Assembly (NCBI RefSeq): GCF_004343305.1
Contig: NZ_SMAF01000006.1
Coordinates: 127,501 to 191,500, forward strand
Length of the DNA stretch: 64,000 bases
Source of the DNA: Pseudofulvimonas gallinarii
GTDB taxonomy: Bacteria; Pseudomonadota; Gammaproteobacteria; Xanthomonadales; UBA2363
Reading direction: 5' to 3'
In this document: positions 9,166 through 18,231 of the stretch, piece after piece
Position numbering within the stretch: position 1 is the first letter of the stretch
How the letters are laid out: each line of letters starts with the position of its first letter
Translations under genes and position numbers: made by a program
The notes under the pieces: model-generated
What the model was told of the DNA's origin: nothing
The model's input: the letters and a program-made list of their open reading frames with translations, nothing else
The model's database searches: none

Positions 9166-10023
9166 TCACACGTCGCTGGCAACGATTTCGGCGTCGACGA
9201 GCCTGACCTGCTGGCCCAACGCGCCGTCAACCCGCCCCCGCACCAGATGAACGCGATCCGGCACCGCCAGGTCCTCGCCCGGCGCCGCCCGCAGCTGGAC
9301 GAAAACGCCCTTGCGGTGGGTGGCCGTATCCTGCAGTTCGATGTGATGGATCGTGCCGCTGTCGACCTGCGACGTGGTCCAGCCGTTGAAGTAACCGCGG
9401 ACCGTGACTTCCTGTCCGATCAATCCCCGCATCGCCGCTTGCAGGTCGTCCACCCGCACGGGAGTGGTGGCCGGGAGGCTGTCCGCCTGCAGCGGTTGTG
9501 GCGCCGGTGGCGGAAGACCATCGGCGTCACCGATGCGCTGGCAGTCTTCCATTTCGACATGGTCGGCAACGGTTCCGGTGATCCGGCCGCGAACAAGGAT
9601 GACGCGGTTGCGAGACAGCGGCTCTGCATCCGGCGCCGCCATGTTGCCCTGGAGCAGCCCCGGCTGGGTATCGGACTTCCCCGGCTCGATGTGCAGCCTC
9701 ACGGTCCGCTCCAGCGGGTCGTTGTCGAAGAACAGCATCGGGTAGCCCGCCACCACAACCTCCTTGCCGGTCCAGCCGAACAGATGGTCGTGCAGTTCCT
9801 GCACCTCCCAGGGCCGGGGCTGCGATGGCTGTGACATGTCTGACTCCTGGCTGGTCTGGGCGCCGGTGACCCGGGAAGTGATGGCAAGGCTGGCGGTCAA
9901 ACCCGGCGCATGGGCCAGGGTTGACGGATCGCGCGCGGGCGCGGACGTCGCCGTCGCGAGCAGGAGGGCTGGCGCCAGCAATGCGGGTGAAGCCAGGCGG
10001 AGGCGGGAACAGGAAGTGGGCAT
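9166..10023 (-). CDS. secreted hypothetical protein with two internal repeats of about 90 aa
   Basis: Track ORF 9166..10521(-). Internal start MPTSCSRLRLASPALLAPALLLATATSAPA (signal), GGAGA upstream. Two homologous modules: VQELHDHLFGWTGKEVVVAGY...RVILVRGRITG and VDDLQAAMRGLIGQEVTVRGY...RVHLVRGRVDG. Confidence 0.5.
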   Translation of the reverse strand: MPTSCSRLRLASPALLAPALLLATATSAPARDPSTLAHAPGLTASLAITSRVTGAQTSQESDMSQPSQPRPWEVQELHDHLFGWTGKEVVVAGYPMLFFDNDPLERTVRLHIEPGKSDTQPGLLQGNMAAPDAEPLSRNRVILVRGRITGTVADHVEMEDCQRIGDADGLPPPAPQPLQADSLPATTPVRVDDLQAAMRGLIGQEVTVRGYFNGWTTSQVDSGTIHHIELQDTATHRKGVFVQLRAAPGEDLAVPDRVHLVRGRVDGALGQQVRLVDAEIVASDV

Positions 10024-11056
10024 TGGACAGGATCTCCGTTCGAGGGTCGTGTCCTGCGGCGTTCGCAGGTGCACCGTCCGGAATCGCGGTAGCGGCGAGG
10101 GGACAGGCGGCGTCAAGGTAGGCCGGGGAGGGACACCCGGGTCATGACCGGGACGTGACCGGATCCTGACCGCTCGTGATCCGGCGCCGATTGCCAGGGC
10201 GACTGCCTGGCTGATTGCCCGTGAGCCGTCATGGCAGGCGCAGCCGGGGCGGCTGCAGGTGCCGGCGGAGACCGAGGCTCCGGCTGGTGGCGATTCTGTC
10301 GCAGCCCGGCCGTTGTGCCCGGCGTTTGCTGCAGTGATGGCGGTGGCAAGTCGTATGGGTGTGTCGCCTCGACCTACGCGGGATGGGCCCTGTCGACGGT
10401 GGGCATGTTGGGGCTGGCGCCAACCGCGCTTGGATGGGCCCGCGGACCCGAGTGGATTGACACGGTGGACTGCGTCGAGCACGACAGCCGCCCGGCCGGG
10501 GGACGCCCATGGACCATTCAACCAGGAACGACAAGGATCCCGCGCCGTCGCCTGGGCCCCTGCGCCAGGGCACTTCCGGCATTGCTCAACGTGGGCGCGG
10601 CCATGGCGAATACGAAGCCGGTCGGCGCGCCGACGCTGGTGATGCCGCCGGAGCAGGCCGACACGATCCCCGAGCCACCGCCGCGACCTGGGTCATGGAG
10701 ACGCCAGGCCGCTACAGCGTCGGCAATGTGACGATGCTGCCCCGTCCCAAGGGCGGCGCCCGGCTGGATGGGGACCCCCTGCCGCTGTACCTCCCGGATT
10801 CCTCCAACGAGTGCAAGGTGCAGAAATTCTTCCGCCGAACGCACCCTGGATTGGAAACGGCGCAAGGCGAGTGTGTGCCTGACCGTTCCGGACCCGAATC
10901 GAGCAGATAGCCTCATGAAGCAGGTATGTCCTCGTGGTGCGGGTGCGCCGTCCGCCGAAGCGCAGCTGCAGCGCGAGGCGTCTGCTGCAAATCACTACGT
11001 GGCCTACAATCGGGCTCCACCGGCGCTTTGAGGACGCTGATGCGAGCGAGGTCACG

Positions 11057-11323
11057 ATGACGAATTCGGCGCAGTCATTGAACGCGCCCGAGCCGGCACC
11101 CGCCTGGAAGCCGGAAGACGCGGCGCTGCCGGAAGAAGCATTCGAGGCGCTCAGGCGTTCCCTGCCGGAACCAGAGCGACGGGCGTTGACGCGCGCACGT
11201 TTGGAATTGGTCGCGCAACGCTTGAAAGAGCGGTTGTCACACAAGCCCTGGTATCGGGAGAGGGCGGAATCCGATCCGGGGTTCTGGAACACCTTGGCCG
11301 CCAGCCGTTTCAACGACGTCTGA
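11057..11323 (+). CDS. small hypothetical protein (88 aa)
   Basis: ATG preceded by GAGGT. Sequence MTNSAQSLNAPEPAPAWKPEDAALPEEAFEALRRSLPEPERRAL... Basis is codon usage and RBS only. Confidence 0.3.
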   Translation: MTNSAQSLNAPEPAPAWKPEDAALPEEAFEALRRSLPEPERRALTRARLELVAQRLKERLSHKPWYRERAESDPGFWNTLAASRFNDV

Positions 11324-11504
11324 AGCCAGCCATTGGAGACGCGGCTGCGCCGGACCCTTGCCGCAGCCCTTGCGCCTGACAGCTGCGCACGCTGGCCTCA
11401 GGGCCACCCGTTCCTTCGATGCCGCGAACGGCAAACATCCGGCCAGAAGCCGGAAACGAAAAAGCCCGGCGCGGGGCCGGGCTTTCTCGAAGTACCTGAA
11501 AACA

Positions 11505-11580
11505 TGGTGGCCAGGGACGGAATCGAACCGCCGACACGGGGATTTTCAATCCCCTGCTCTACCAACTGAGCTACCTGGCC
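11505..11580 (-). tRNA. tRNA-Phe (anticodon GAA)
   Basis: Reverse complement reads GGCCAGGTAGCTCAGTTGGTAGAGCAGGGGATTGAAAATCCCCGTGTCGGCGGTTCGATTCCGTCCCTGGCCACCA: 7-bp acceptor stem, D-loop AGTTGGTAGAGC, anticodon loop TTGAAAA (anticodon GAA), T-loop GGTTCGATTCC, encoded CCA. Confidence 0.9.
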
Positions 11581-11784
11581 GGAAACTCCACGCGTCCACC
11601 CGGATGCGGATGGTGCGTGCGGGCCGCGTATTAGACCGTCACCGGGCGGTGACGTCAAGCTTGCCCCGAGGTGAATATGGACCGCCGTTGCGCGACGATC
11701 CGGTCTCCGCGATCGCCCTGGGCGGTAGGATCGTTGCATTGCCTGCCCGACGCCTGCGCTCGGGCCCCTGATCGGAGTGCCGCC

Positions 11785-12198
11785 ATGAATGTCGTCCGGA
11801 TCACCTGCCTCGCCACGGTTCTTGCTCTTGCCGCTTGCGCCAGCACCGCCGAGCGCCGTCAGTTCGAACAGGAACAGCTGGCCATCTACAGCAAGCATGC
11901 CGGTGAGCCGGTGGACCGGATACGCAGTTTCCGTCTGATCAGCTGGCAGCCGGCCGGTGACCTCAACCTCCTGCTCGAAGCGCGATTGAACGAGTGGTAC
12001 TGGCTGGAAGTGGACGGCCCGTGCATGGAACTGCCATACGCGCAGGCCATCGGGGTCAAGACTTCGATGAACACGCTGCAGGCGCGGTTCGACAGCATTC
12101 TCGTTGAAGGCCAGCCCTGCCGGATCCGGACGATCCGCCCGATCGACTACAAGGCGGCGCGAGCGGAACTGCGCGAACTTCGGGAAAGTCGGCAATGA
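11785..12198 (+). CDS. lipoprotein, hypothetical
   Basis: Track ORF 11671..12198(+). Internal ATG gives MNVVRITCLATVLALAACAST (lipobox LAAC). Confidence 0.5.
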   Translation: MNVVRITCLATVLALAACASTAERRQFEQEQLAIYSKHAGEPVDRIRSFRLISWQPAGDLNLLLEARLNEWYWLEVDGPCMELPYAQAIGVKTSMNTLQARFDSILVEGQPCRIRTIRPIDYKAARAELRELRESRQ

Positions 12199-12421
12199 GA
12201 AGCCAGCCACCCCCTGGTCAGGACGGGCGGAAATCGCACCCAGGCCGGTGGCGAACGGCAAGGCCAGGGCGGTGCCAGTCACTGGATGGCGCGCCGGTTG
12301 CGGCAAGGGCAGTCGCTCCGGTTACCCCCGTAGATATGGGTTCACCGTAGCCGTGGGCGGATCGTGAAAGCCTGCAGTGCCGGTCGCCGCGATCCGGCGG
12401 CGCACCGGGCGCATCGGCCCC

Positions 12422-12691
12422 CTACGCCCCCGGCTCGACATAGCCTGGCGGCTTGTCGGCGCCGGGTCCGAACAGGAACTTTTCCATCTCTGTGGAAAGA
12501 AACCTCCGCGTCTGCGGATCCAGCGGCGAAAGCCGGTTCTCGTTGATCAGCATGGTCTGGTGCGCCAGCCACTGGCCCCAGGCTTCCTTCGAGATGTGCC
12601 GGTAGATGCGCTGGCCCAGTTCCCCGGGCCAGGGCGCGAAATCCAGGCCTTCGCCTTCGCGCTGGAGTTTCTGGCAGAAAATCGTTCGCAT
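12422..12691 (-). CDS. yggX: Fe(2+)-trafficking / oxidative-damage protection protein YggX (89 aa)
   Basis: [59 protein letters not shown]... matches the YggX family pattern (MSRTIFCTFL...GELGKRIY...TMLINEK). GAGAGG RBS. Lies directly downstream of mutY, the conserved arrangement. Confidence 0.85.
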   Translation of the reverse strand: MRTIFCQKLQREGEGLDFAPWPGELGQRIYRHISKEAWGQWLAHQTMLINENRLSPLDPQTRRFLSTEMEKFLFGPGADKPPGYVEPGA

Positions 12692-12696
12692 GATGG

Positions 12697-13818
12697 TCAA
12701 TCCTCTCGCAGTCGCAGTCCGGTGAGCAGGCGGCGCACCGGCTGCGGAATCCCGATGCTGGCAAGTTCGTCGAGCGGATGCCAGCGGCATCCATCCTGCT
12801 CGGCCACGCCCGGGCCGGGCGCGAAGACGTGGACCTGGTCCTCGCCGATGTCCAGCCGGAACGGCTGCGCCGTCAGCGCGTAGTGGGTGAAAACATGACG
12901 CACGGCAGGCATCGGCACCAGCGCAGGCGGAGGGAAGGTCGTTCCGAGCGCGCGGTCGCCGCGCAGCGATGATTCGTCGGGAAATTCGGGCAGGCTCCAG
13001 AGGCCGCCCCAGATGCCCGGTGACGGCCTGCGGTGGAGCAGTACCCGGCGCGAGTCGTGCACCGCCACCAGCCACGCTGCGCTCCGTTGCGGCAGTGTGC
13101 GGCGCGGTCTCGGTGTCGGCAGTTCGGCGACGCGTCCGGTCGCCAGGGCGACGCAATCGTCCCGGAGCGGGCAGTTTCCGCACTCCGGCCGCGCGCGCGT
13201 GCATACCGTCGCTCCCAGGTCCATGATCGCCTGGGTGTAGTCGGCAAGCTGCGAAGGCGGCAGCAGCGCGTCGGCCAACCACCAGAGGTGAAGTTCGATC
13301 GCGCGCTGGCCGGGAAAGCCGTCGATGCCGTGGCTCCTGCACAGCACGCGCTTGACGTTGCCATCGAGGATCGGCGCACGCAGTCCGAATGCCTGCGACA
13401 GGATCGCGCCCGCCGTCGAGCGGCCGATGCCCGGCAGCGCCATCAATGCATCGAGGTCGGCCGGCAGTTCGCCACCATGGTGTTCGACGCAGAGCCGCGC
13501 CGCGCGCTGCAGGTTGCGGGCCCGGCTGTAGTAGCCCAGTCCCGACCACAGCGCCATCACCTGGTCGGCCGGGGCACGCGCCAGCGCGGGCAGCGTCGGC
13601 AGTGCGTCGACGAAGCGCAGGAAGTAGCCGGTGACGGTAGCGACCTGCGTCTGTTGCAGCATGATTTCGCTGAGCCAGACCCGATAGGGATCACGCGGCT
13701 GCTGCCAGGGCAGGTCGTGGCGACCATGCTTCGCATGCCATGCCAGCAGTCGCGATGCGAATGCCGGCAGCGGCTCACTCGCCGGACTGTGCGCCGTCGC
13801 TGCCCGGGCCATCGTCAT
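12697..13818 (-). CDS. mutY: A/G-specific adenine DNA glycosylase MutY
   Basis: Track ORF 12697..13923(-). HhH-GPD motifs [18 protein letters not shown], 4Fe-4S cluster loop [17 protein letters not shown], and a C-terminal NUDIX-like domain. Confidence 0.9.
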   Translation of the reverse strand: MTMARAATAHSPASEPLPAFASRLLAWHAKHGRHDLPWQQPRDPYRVWLSEIMLQQTQVATVTGYFLRFVDALPTLPALARAPADQVMALWSGLGYYSRARNLQRAARLCVEHHGGELPADLDALMALPGIGRSTAGAILSQAFGLRAPILDGNVKRVLCRSHGIDGFPGQRAIELHLWWLADALLPPSQLADYTQAIMDLGATVCTRARPECGNCPLRDDCVALATGRVAELPTPRPRRTLPQRSAAWLVAVHDSRRVLLHRRPSPGIWGGLWSLPEFPDESSLRGDRALGTTFPPPALVPMPAVRHVFTHYALTAQPFRLDIGEDQVHVFAPGPGVAEQDGCRWHPLDELASIGIPQPVRRLLTGLRLRED

Positions 13819-14881
13819 CCTGTGCTGCCGGCGGCAGCGTGCGCACGTCCAATTCGATGCCCTCGATGCGGGCGCCGCCGACTTCCAGCGCTTCCAGGCG
13901 CCACTCGCCACGGATGGCGGCAATCGCGGCGATGGGGTTGGCCAGCTGCGCCAGCGCCATGTTGGCCTCGTCGGCGGCCAGTTCGGCCCGGAAGTGCTGG
14001 CTGCCCTGCGTCAGCTCGAAGCGCAGCGCGTTCTCGCCTTCGTCCAGCCGGAATGCGATCGCGACCGGTTGCGTGGCGTCCAGGCCCAGCGGATCGGGCA
14101 GCCAGTCCGGCCAGGCCGGCAGCGTGCCGGCCAGGTCGACATGGTTGAGGCCGATGGCGTCCAGGTGCAGGCGGCCGCCCAGTTCCATGCCGAGTCCTTC
14201 CGACAGCGGCTGGCCGTCCGGGCTCACCACCCAGCGCAAGTGCGTGTCTTCCAGCGCGATGCCGGTGGCATCGTTGCGCGGTCGCGTGCGCAGCGTGAGC
14301 GAAAGGGCGCGACTCTGCCGCCCACGCAGGCGCGCGCCGGCGTCGAGGTGGAATTCTTCGCCGTCCAGCATCGGCGTGGTGATCAGCGAGAACTGGTCAA
14401 GGCGCCAGTCGTCTTCGCCATCGCCCGACAGCAGGGTGCCATCCTCGACGCGCAGGCCGACCTCGATGCGCGGCAGGCGTGGCGCGCGCGCCGGACCATC
14501 GTCGTCGGACAGGTTGGCAAGCAGCGCCATCAGTTCCGGCCAGGCGATCACCGGGCGGCGCAGCTGCAGGCTCTCGACGCGCGTCTGTCCGGTCCACAGG
14601 ACCGACCAGGGCAACGCCAGGTTCAGTTCCCCGGCGCTGGCGGCGAGGGCGCCGTCGCGCTCGACCCGCGCGCCGGACAGTTGCACCTGCAGGCGCGGCA
14701 GCAGCCGCACGCCGGGCGATTCCGGCAGCGTCAGCGTCGCGCCCAGCTCGCGTTCGGTCCAGTTGCCGATCATCCGCGCGACGTTGTCCGGGCGCAGCAC
14801 CCAGCGCACGGCGATGACCGTGCCGGCGGCGAGAACGGCGAGGAGGCCGATGACCAGCAGCGTGCGGCGGCCTCGCAGCAT
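13775..14881 (-). CDS. AsmA-family protein (small, N-terminal TM anchor)
   Basis: MLRGRRTLLVIGLLAVLAAGTVIAVRW, then an AsmA-like region. Tail overlaps the mutY start by about 44 nt. Confidence 0.55.
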   Translation of the reverse strand: MLRGRRTLLVIGLLAVLAAGTVIAVRWVLRPDNVARMIGNWTERELGATLTLPESPGVRLLPRLQVQLSGARVERDGALAASAGELNLALPWSVLWTGQTRVESLQLRRPVIAWPELMALLANLSDDDGPARAPRLPRIEVGLRVEDGTLLSGDGEDDWRLDQFSLITTPMLDGEEFHLDAGARLRGRQSRALSLTLRTRPRNDATGIALEDTHLRWVVSPDGQPLSEGLGMELGGRLHLDAIGLNHVDLAGTLPAWPDWLPDPLGLDATQPVAIAFRLDEGENALRFELTQGSQHFRAELAADEANMALAQLANPIAAIAAIRGEWRLEALEVGGARIEGIELDVRTLPPAAQDDDGPGSDGAQSGE

Positions 14882-14884
14882 CGA

Positions 14885-16036
14885 TCAGCGGCCCAGCGAA
14901 TCCGGCAGAAGTCCGTCGATGAAGGCGTCGGGATCGAAGACCTGCAGGTCCTCGACGCCTTCGCCGAGGCCGACGAAGCGGATCGGCAGGCCGAATTCGC
15001 GGGCGAGTGCGAACACGACGCCACCCTTGGCGCTGCCGTCGAGCTTGGTGACCACCAGTCCGGTCACGCCGGCGGCCTGATGGAACTGGCGCACCTGGTT
15101 GACCGCGTTCTGGCCGGTGGTGCCATCGATCACCTGCAACACTTCATGCGGCGCGTTGCCGTCCAGTTTGGCCATGACGCGGCGGATCTTCGCCAGCTCG
15201 TCCATCAGGCCCGACTGCGTGTGCAGGCGGCCCGCGGTGTCGGCAATCAGCAGCTGCGCGCCGCGCGAGCGCGACGATTGCAGGGCATCGAAGATCACCG
15301 AGGCGGAGTCCGCGCCCTGGCCCTGTGCATAGACCGCGATGCCGGTGCGCTCACCCCAGGTCTGCAACTGCGCGACGGCGGCGGCGCGGAAGGTGTCGCC
15401 GGCCGCCAGTGTCACGGCCAGGCCCTGTTCGTGGTAGCGGCGGGCCAGCTTGCCGATGGTGGTGGTCTTGCCGACGCCGTTGACGCCGACGACGAGGATG
15501 ACGAAGGGCTGCACCGACGGATCGATGGCCAGCGGTCGCGCCACCGGATCGATCAGCGCGCGCAGGCGAGTGCGCAGGTCCGCCAGCAGCGCGTTGGAGT
15601 CGGCATAGCTGCGCGCCTTGATGCCGCGGCGCAGGGCGTCGACCAGTTCGTTCGTCGCCGCGACCCCGACGTCGGCGGTCAGAAGTACCGTTTCCAGCTC
15701 CTCGAGCAGGTCCTCGTCCAGCGGCTTGTTGCCGGAGAAAAGCGCGCGGATGCCGAGGCCCAGCGAACTGTTGGACAGGCGCTCGCGCCAGCTCGGCTTC
15801 GCCCTTGCGACGGGGGCCGCGGGTGCGGGCGGCGGAGCAGCTGCGGCCACCGCGGGTGCAGCCGCGACCGGCGCAGGCGCGGCAGGCAGGTTCGCTGCGT
15901 CCATGGCGGCGGGGGCATTTTCCGCTGCCACGTCGACCTGCGGCGGCGTTTCGATGGTGGTATCGACGGAGGGGCTGTCACCGGCGGCCGGTGCGGCCGG
16001 TTCGACAGTCTTCTTCTTGCGGAAAAACCCGAGCAT
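14885..16036 (-). CDS. ftsY: signal recognition particle receptor FtsY
   Basis: Start MLGFFRKKK. Acidic/Ala-rich N-domain, then SRP GTPase: [37 protein letters not shown]. Confidence 0.9.
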   Translation of the reverse strand: MLGFFRKKKTVEPAAPAAGDSPSVDTTIETPPQVDVAAENAPAAMDAANLPAAPAPVAAAPAVAAAAPPPAPAAPVARAKPSWRERLSNSSLGLGIRALFSGNKPLDEDLLEELETVLLTADVGVAATNELVDALRRGIKARSYADSNALLADLRTRLRALIDPVARPLAIDPSVQPFVILVVGVNGVGKTTTIGKLARRYHEQGLAVTLAAGDTFRAAAVAQLQTWGERTGIAVYAQGQGADSASVIFDALQSSRSRGAQLLIADTAGRLHTQSGLMDELAKIRRVMAKLDGNAPHEVLQVIDGTTGQNAVNQVRQFHQAAGVTGLVVTKLDGSAKGGVVFALAREFGLPIRFVGLGEGVEDLQVFDPDAFIDGLLPDSLGR

Positions 16037-16154
16037 GGCGTGGCGGTCTGGAAGGCGGCGTGGCGGATCGCGAGGAATGGCGAGGGCGCCGGCGCGGCCG
16101 GATGACAGGCGCTGCACGGACGTCCCGGGGCGGCCCGGTATGCTATCACCGCCA

Positions 16155-16763
16155 ATGAAAACCAAGCGTTCAACAACTTCCGCAGCCACGCCCGGTTCAG
16201 TCCGGATCATCGCCGGCGAGTGGCGGGGACGGAAGCTGGCTGTTCCCGACCTGCCCGGCCTGCGGCCGACGCCGGATCGCGTCCGCGAGACGCTGTTCAA
16301 CTGGCTGATGCCGGTCAGCGAGGGTGCGCGCTGCCTCGACCTGTTCGCCGGCACCGGCGCGCTTGGGCTGGAGGCGGCGTCGCGAGGTGCGGCCGAAGTG
16401 GTCCTGGTCGAACGCGACCGCGGCGCCGCGGCGGCGCTGCGCGGGCATGTCACGCGCCTCGGCGCCGGCCAGGTCCGGGTCGAATGTGCCGACGCACTGC
16501 AGTGGCTGGACCAGCCGGCGACATCCCGTTTCGATGTCGTCTTCCTCGACCCGCCGTACGGCGCCGACCTGCTCGCGCCGGCCTGGAGGCGTCTTCGCGA
16601 CGGCGGCTGGCTGGCACCGCAGGCGTATGTCTACGCCGAATGGCCGGCAGGACAGCCGTCGCCGATCGACCTTCCTCCCTGGCGCAGCGGCCGGGCCGGT
16701 CAAGTCGCGCACGCGCTCTACCGCTGCCTGCCCGCGACAGTGCCGACCGGTGCCGGCGCCTGA
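16155..16763 (+). CDS. rsmD: 16S rRNA (guanine966-N2)-methyltransferase RsmD
   Basis: Track ORF 15618..16763(+). Start [28 protein letters not shown]; motifs [19 protein letters not shown] and VFLDPPY. Divergent from ftsY as in E. coli. Confidence 0.85.
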   Translation: MKTKRSTTSAATPGSVRIIAGEWRGRKLAVPDLPGLRPTPDRVRETLFNWLMPVSEGARCLDLFAGTGALGLEAASRGAAEVVLVERDRGAAAALRGHVTRLGAGQVRVECADALQWLDQPATSRFDVVFLDPPYGADLLAPAWRRLRDGGWLAPQAYVYAEWPAGQPSPIDLPPWRSGRAGQVAHALYRCLPATVPTGAGA

Positions 16764-16810
16764 TACGCTCGCGCCTCCGCCACGCCAAGGCAGGCCCTGG
16801 AGACACCCTG

Positions 16811-17302
16811 ATGAAAGCCGGCAATCCCCGCATCGCGGTCTATCCGGGCACGTTCGATCCGCTCACGAACGGGCACATCGACCTGGTGCAGCGCGCCGTG
16901 CCGCTGTTCGACAAGGTCGTGGTGTCGATCGCCGAGAATCCGGTGAAAGGCCCAAGCTTCAGCCTGGAGGAACGCATCGAGCTGGCGAAGCAGGCGCTGG
17001 AGGGAATCGACAAGGTCGAAGTGCAGGGTTACCGGGTGCTGCTTGCGGATTTCGTCCGCGAGGTCGGCGCCGGCGTGATCCTGCGCGGCCTGCGCGCGGT
17101 GTCCGACTTCGAATACGAATTCCAGCTCGCCAGCATGAACCGCCATCTGGTTCCGGAAGCTGAAACGCTGTTCCTCACGCCGGCCGAGCAGTGGGCGTTC
17201 ATTTCCTCGTCCCTGGTCCGGGAAGTTTCGCGCTTCGGGGGTGATGTCTCGGAGTTCGTGCATCCGGTCGTGAACGCCGCGCTCAAGCAGCGATTCCGCT
17301 GA
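16811..17302 (+). CDS. coaD: phosphopantetheine adenylyltransferase CoaD
   Basis: [37 protein letters not shown] (T/HxGH motif), 163 aa. Confidence 0.9.
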   Translation: MKAGNPRIAVYPGTFDPLTNGHIDLVQRAVPLFDKVVVSIAENPVKGPSFSLEERIELAKQALEGIDKVEVQGYRVLLADFVREVGAGVILRGLRAVSDFEYEFQLASMNRHLVPEAETLFLTPAEQWAFISSSLVREVSRFGGDVSEFVHPVVNAALKQRFR

Positions 17303-17363
17303 AGCCTGCGGCTATACTCTGCCCATTCAGCCGGCCACCAATGGCCGCCCCGCGTCAACAGGA

Positions 17364-17894
17364 GTGCGCACAGCCATGTCCAGTCGTCTTCGTATCGCCC
17401 TGCTCGCCCTGGTGGCGGGGCTCTTCACCCTCGCCGGCTGCCAGAAGGAAGCCAGTGAAGGCAGGCCGTCGTCGGCCGGCGGCCAGGCCGCGCCCGCGGC
17501 CGAACAGCGCGCGCCGCTGATGCTGCCGGCGTCGCAGAGCGACGACGACTGGAAGCGCTACATCGGCCAGCAGGTGTCGCGCAATGTCCGCGTCAAGCGT
17601 GGCATCCCGCCGTTCGCCGTGTACGTGAGCCCGGACGAGGATCCGTTCCCGGTCATCGACAATGCACGCCAGACCCTGCAGCGCGGCGTGGTCAAGGACA
17701 CCATCATCGCCTTCGGCTCGCGCGACTCGCAGCTGATGGCGACGCAGATGGTCGAGCTGTTCAAGGACATCCCGGCCGATCGCCTGAAGGGCGCGCGCGT
17801 GGTGTTCGTGGGTGATGCCGCCCATCGCGGCGTCGCCGAGAGCGCGGTCGCTCCTTCCGGCGCCGAGTTCATCTTCCTCGAGTTCGGCAAGTAA
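17364..17894 (+). CDS. lipoprotein, hypothetical
   Basis: MRTAMSSRLRIALLALVAGLFTLAGCQKE with lipobox LAGC. Confidence 0.5.
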   Translation: MRTAMSSRLRIALLALVAGLFTLAGCQKEASEGRPSSAGGQAAPAAEQRAPLMLPASQSDDDWKRYIGQQVSRNVRVKRGIPPFAVYVSPDEDPFPVIDNARQTLQRGVVKDTIIAFGSRDSQLMATQMVELFKDIPADRLKGARVVFVGDAAHRGVAESAVAPSGAEFIFLEFGK

Positions 17895-17973
17895 GCCGGA
17901 TCCGCCCGCGCCGGCGCGCAATGCGCCGGCGCCGTTCAAGTCCCCGGCAGGGCCCGGCGGCTATACTTCCGCA

Positions 17974-18231
17974 ATGGCCCTGTACATCACCGACGCCTGC
18001 ATCAACTGCGATGTCTGCGAGCCGGCCTGCCCGAACCAGGCCATCCACATGGGTGAACTGATCTACGAGATCGACCCGGCCCGCTGCACCGAATGCGTCG
18101 GCCACTTCGACGAGCCGCAATGCCAGGCCGTGTGCCCCGTGGAATGCTGCCTGCCCGATCCGGCGCGACCGGAGAGCGAGGCCGAACTGCTGGCCAAGCT
18201 CGAACGCCTGAAACTGGAACCCGTGCAATGA
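17974..18231 (+). CDS. yfhL: YfhL-type 4Fe-4S ferredoxin (85 aa)
   Basis: MALYITDACINCDVCEPACPNQAI...CTECVGHFDEPQCQAVCPV: two Cys clusters. Confidence 0.8.
   Translation: MALYITDACINCDVCEPACPNQAIHMGELIYEIDPARCTECVGHFDEPQCQAVCPVECCLPDPARPESEAELLAKLERLKLEPVQ

Noticed and set aside
11398-12306. 302-aa minus-strand ORF spanning the tRNA-Phe gene
   Set aside because: Overlaps a structurally perfect tRNA and the lipoprotein gene on the other strand; no motifs.
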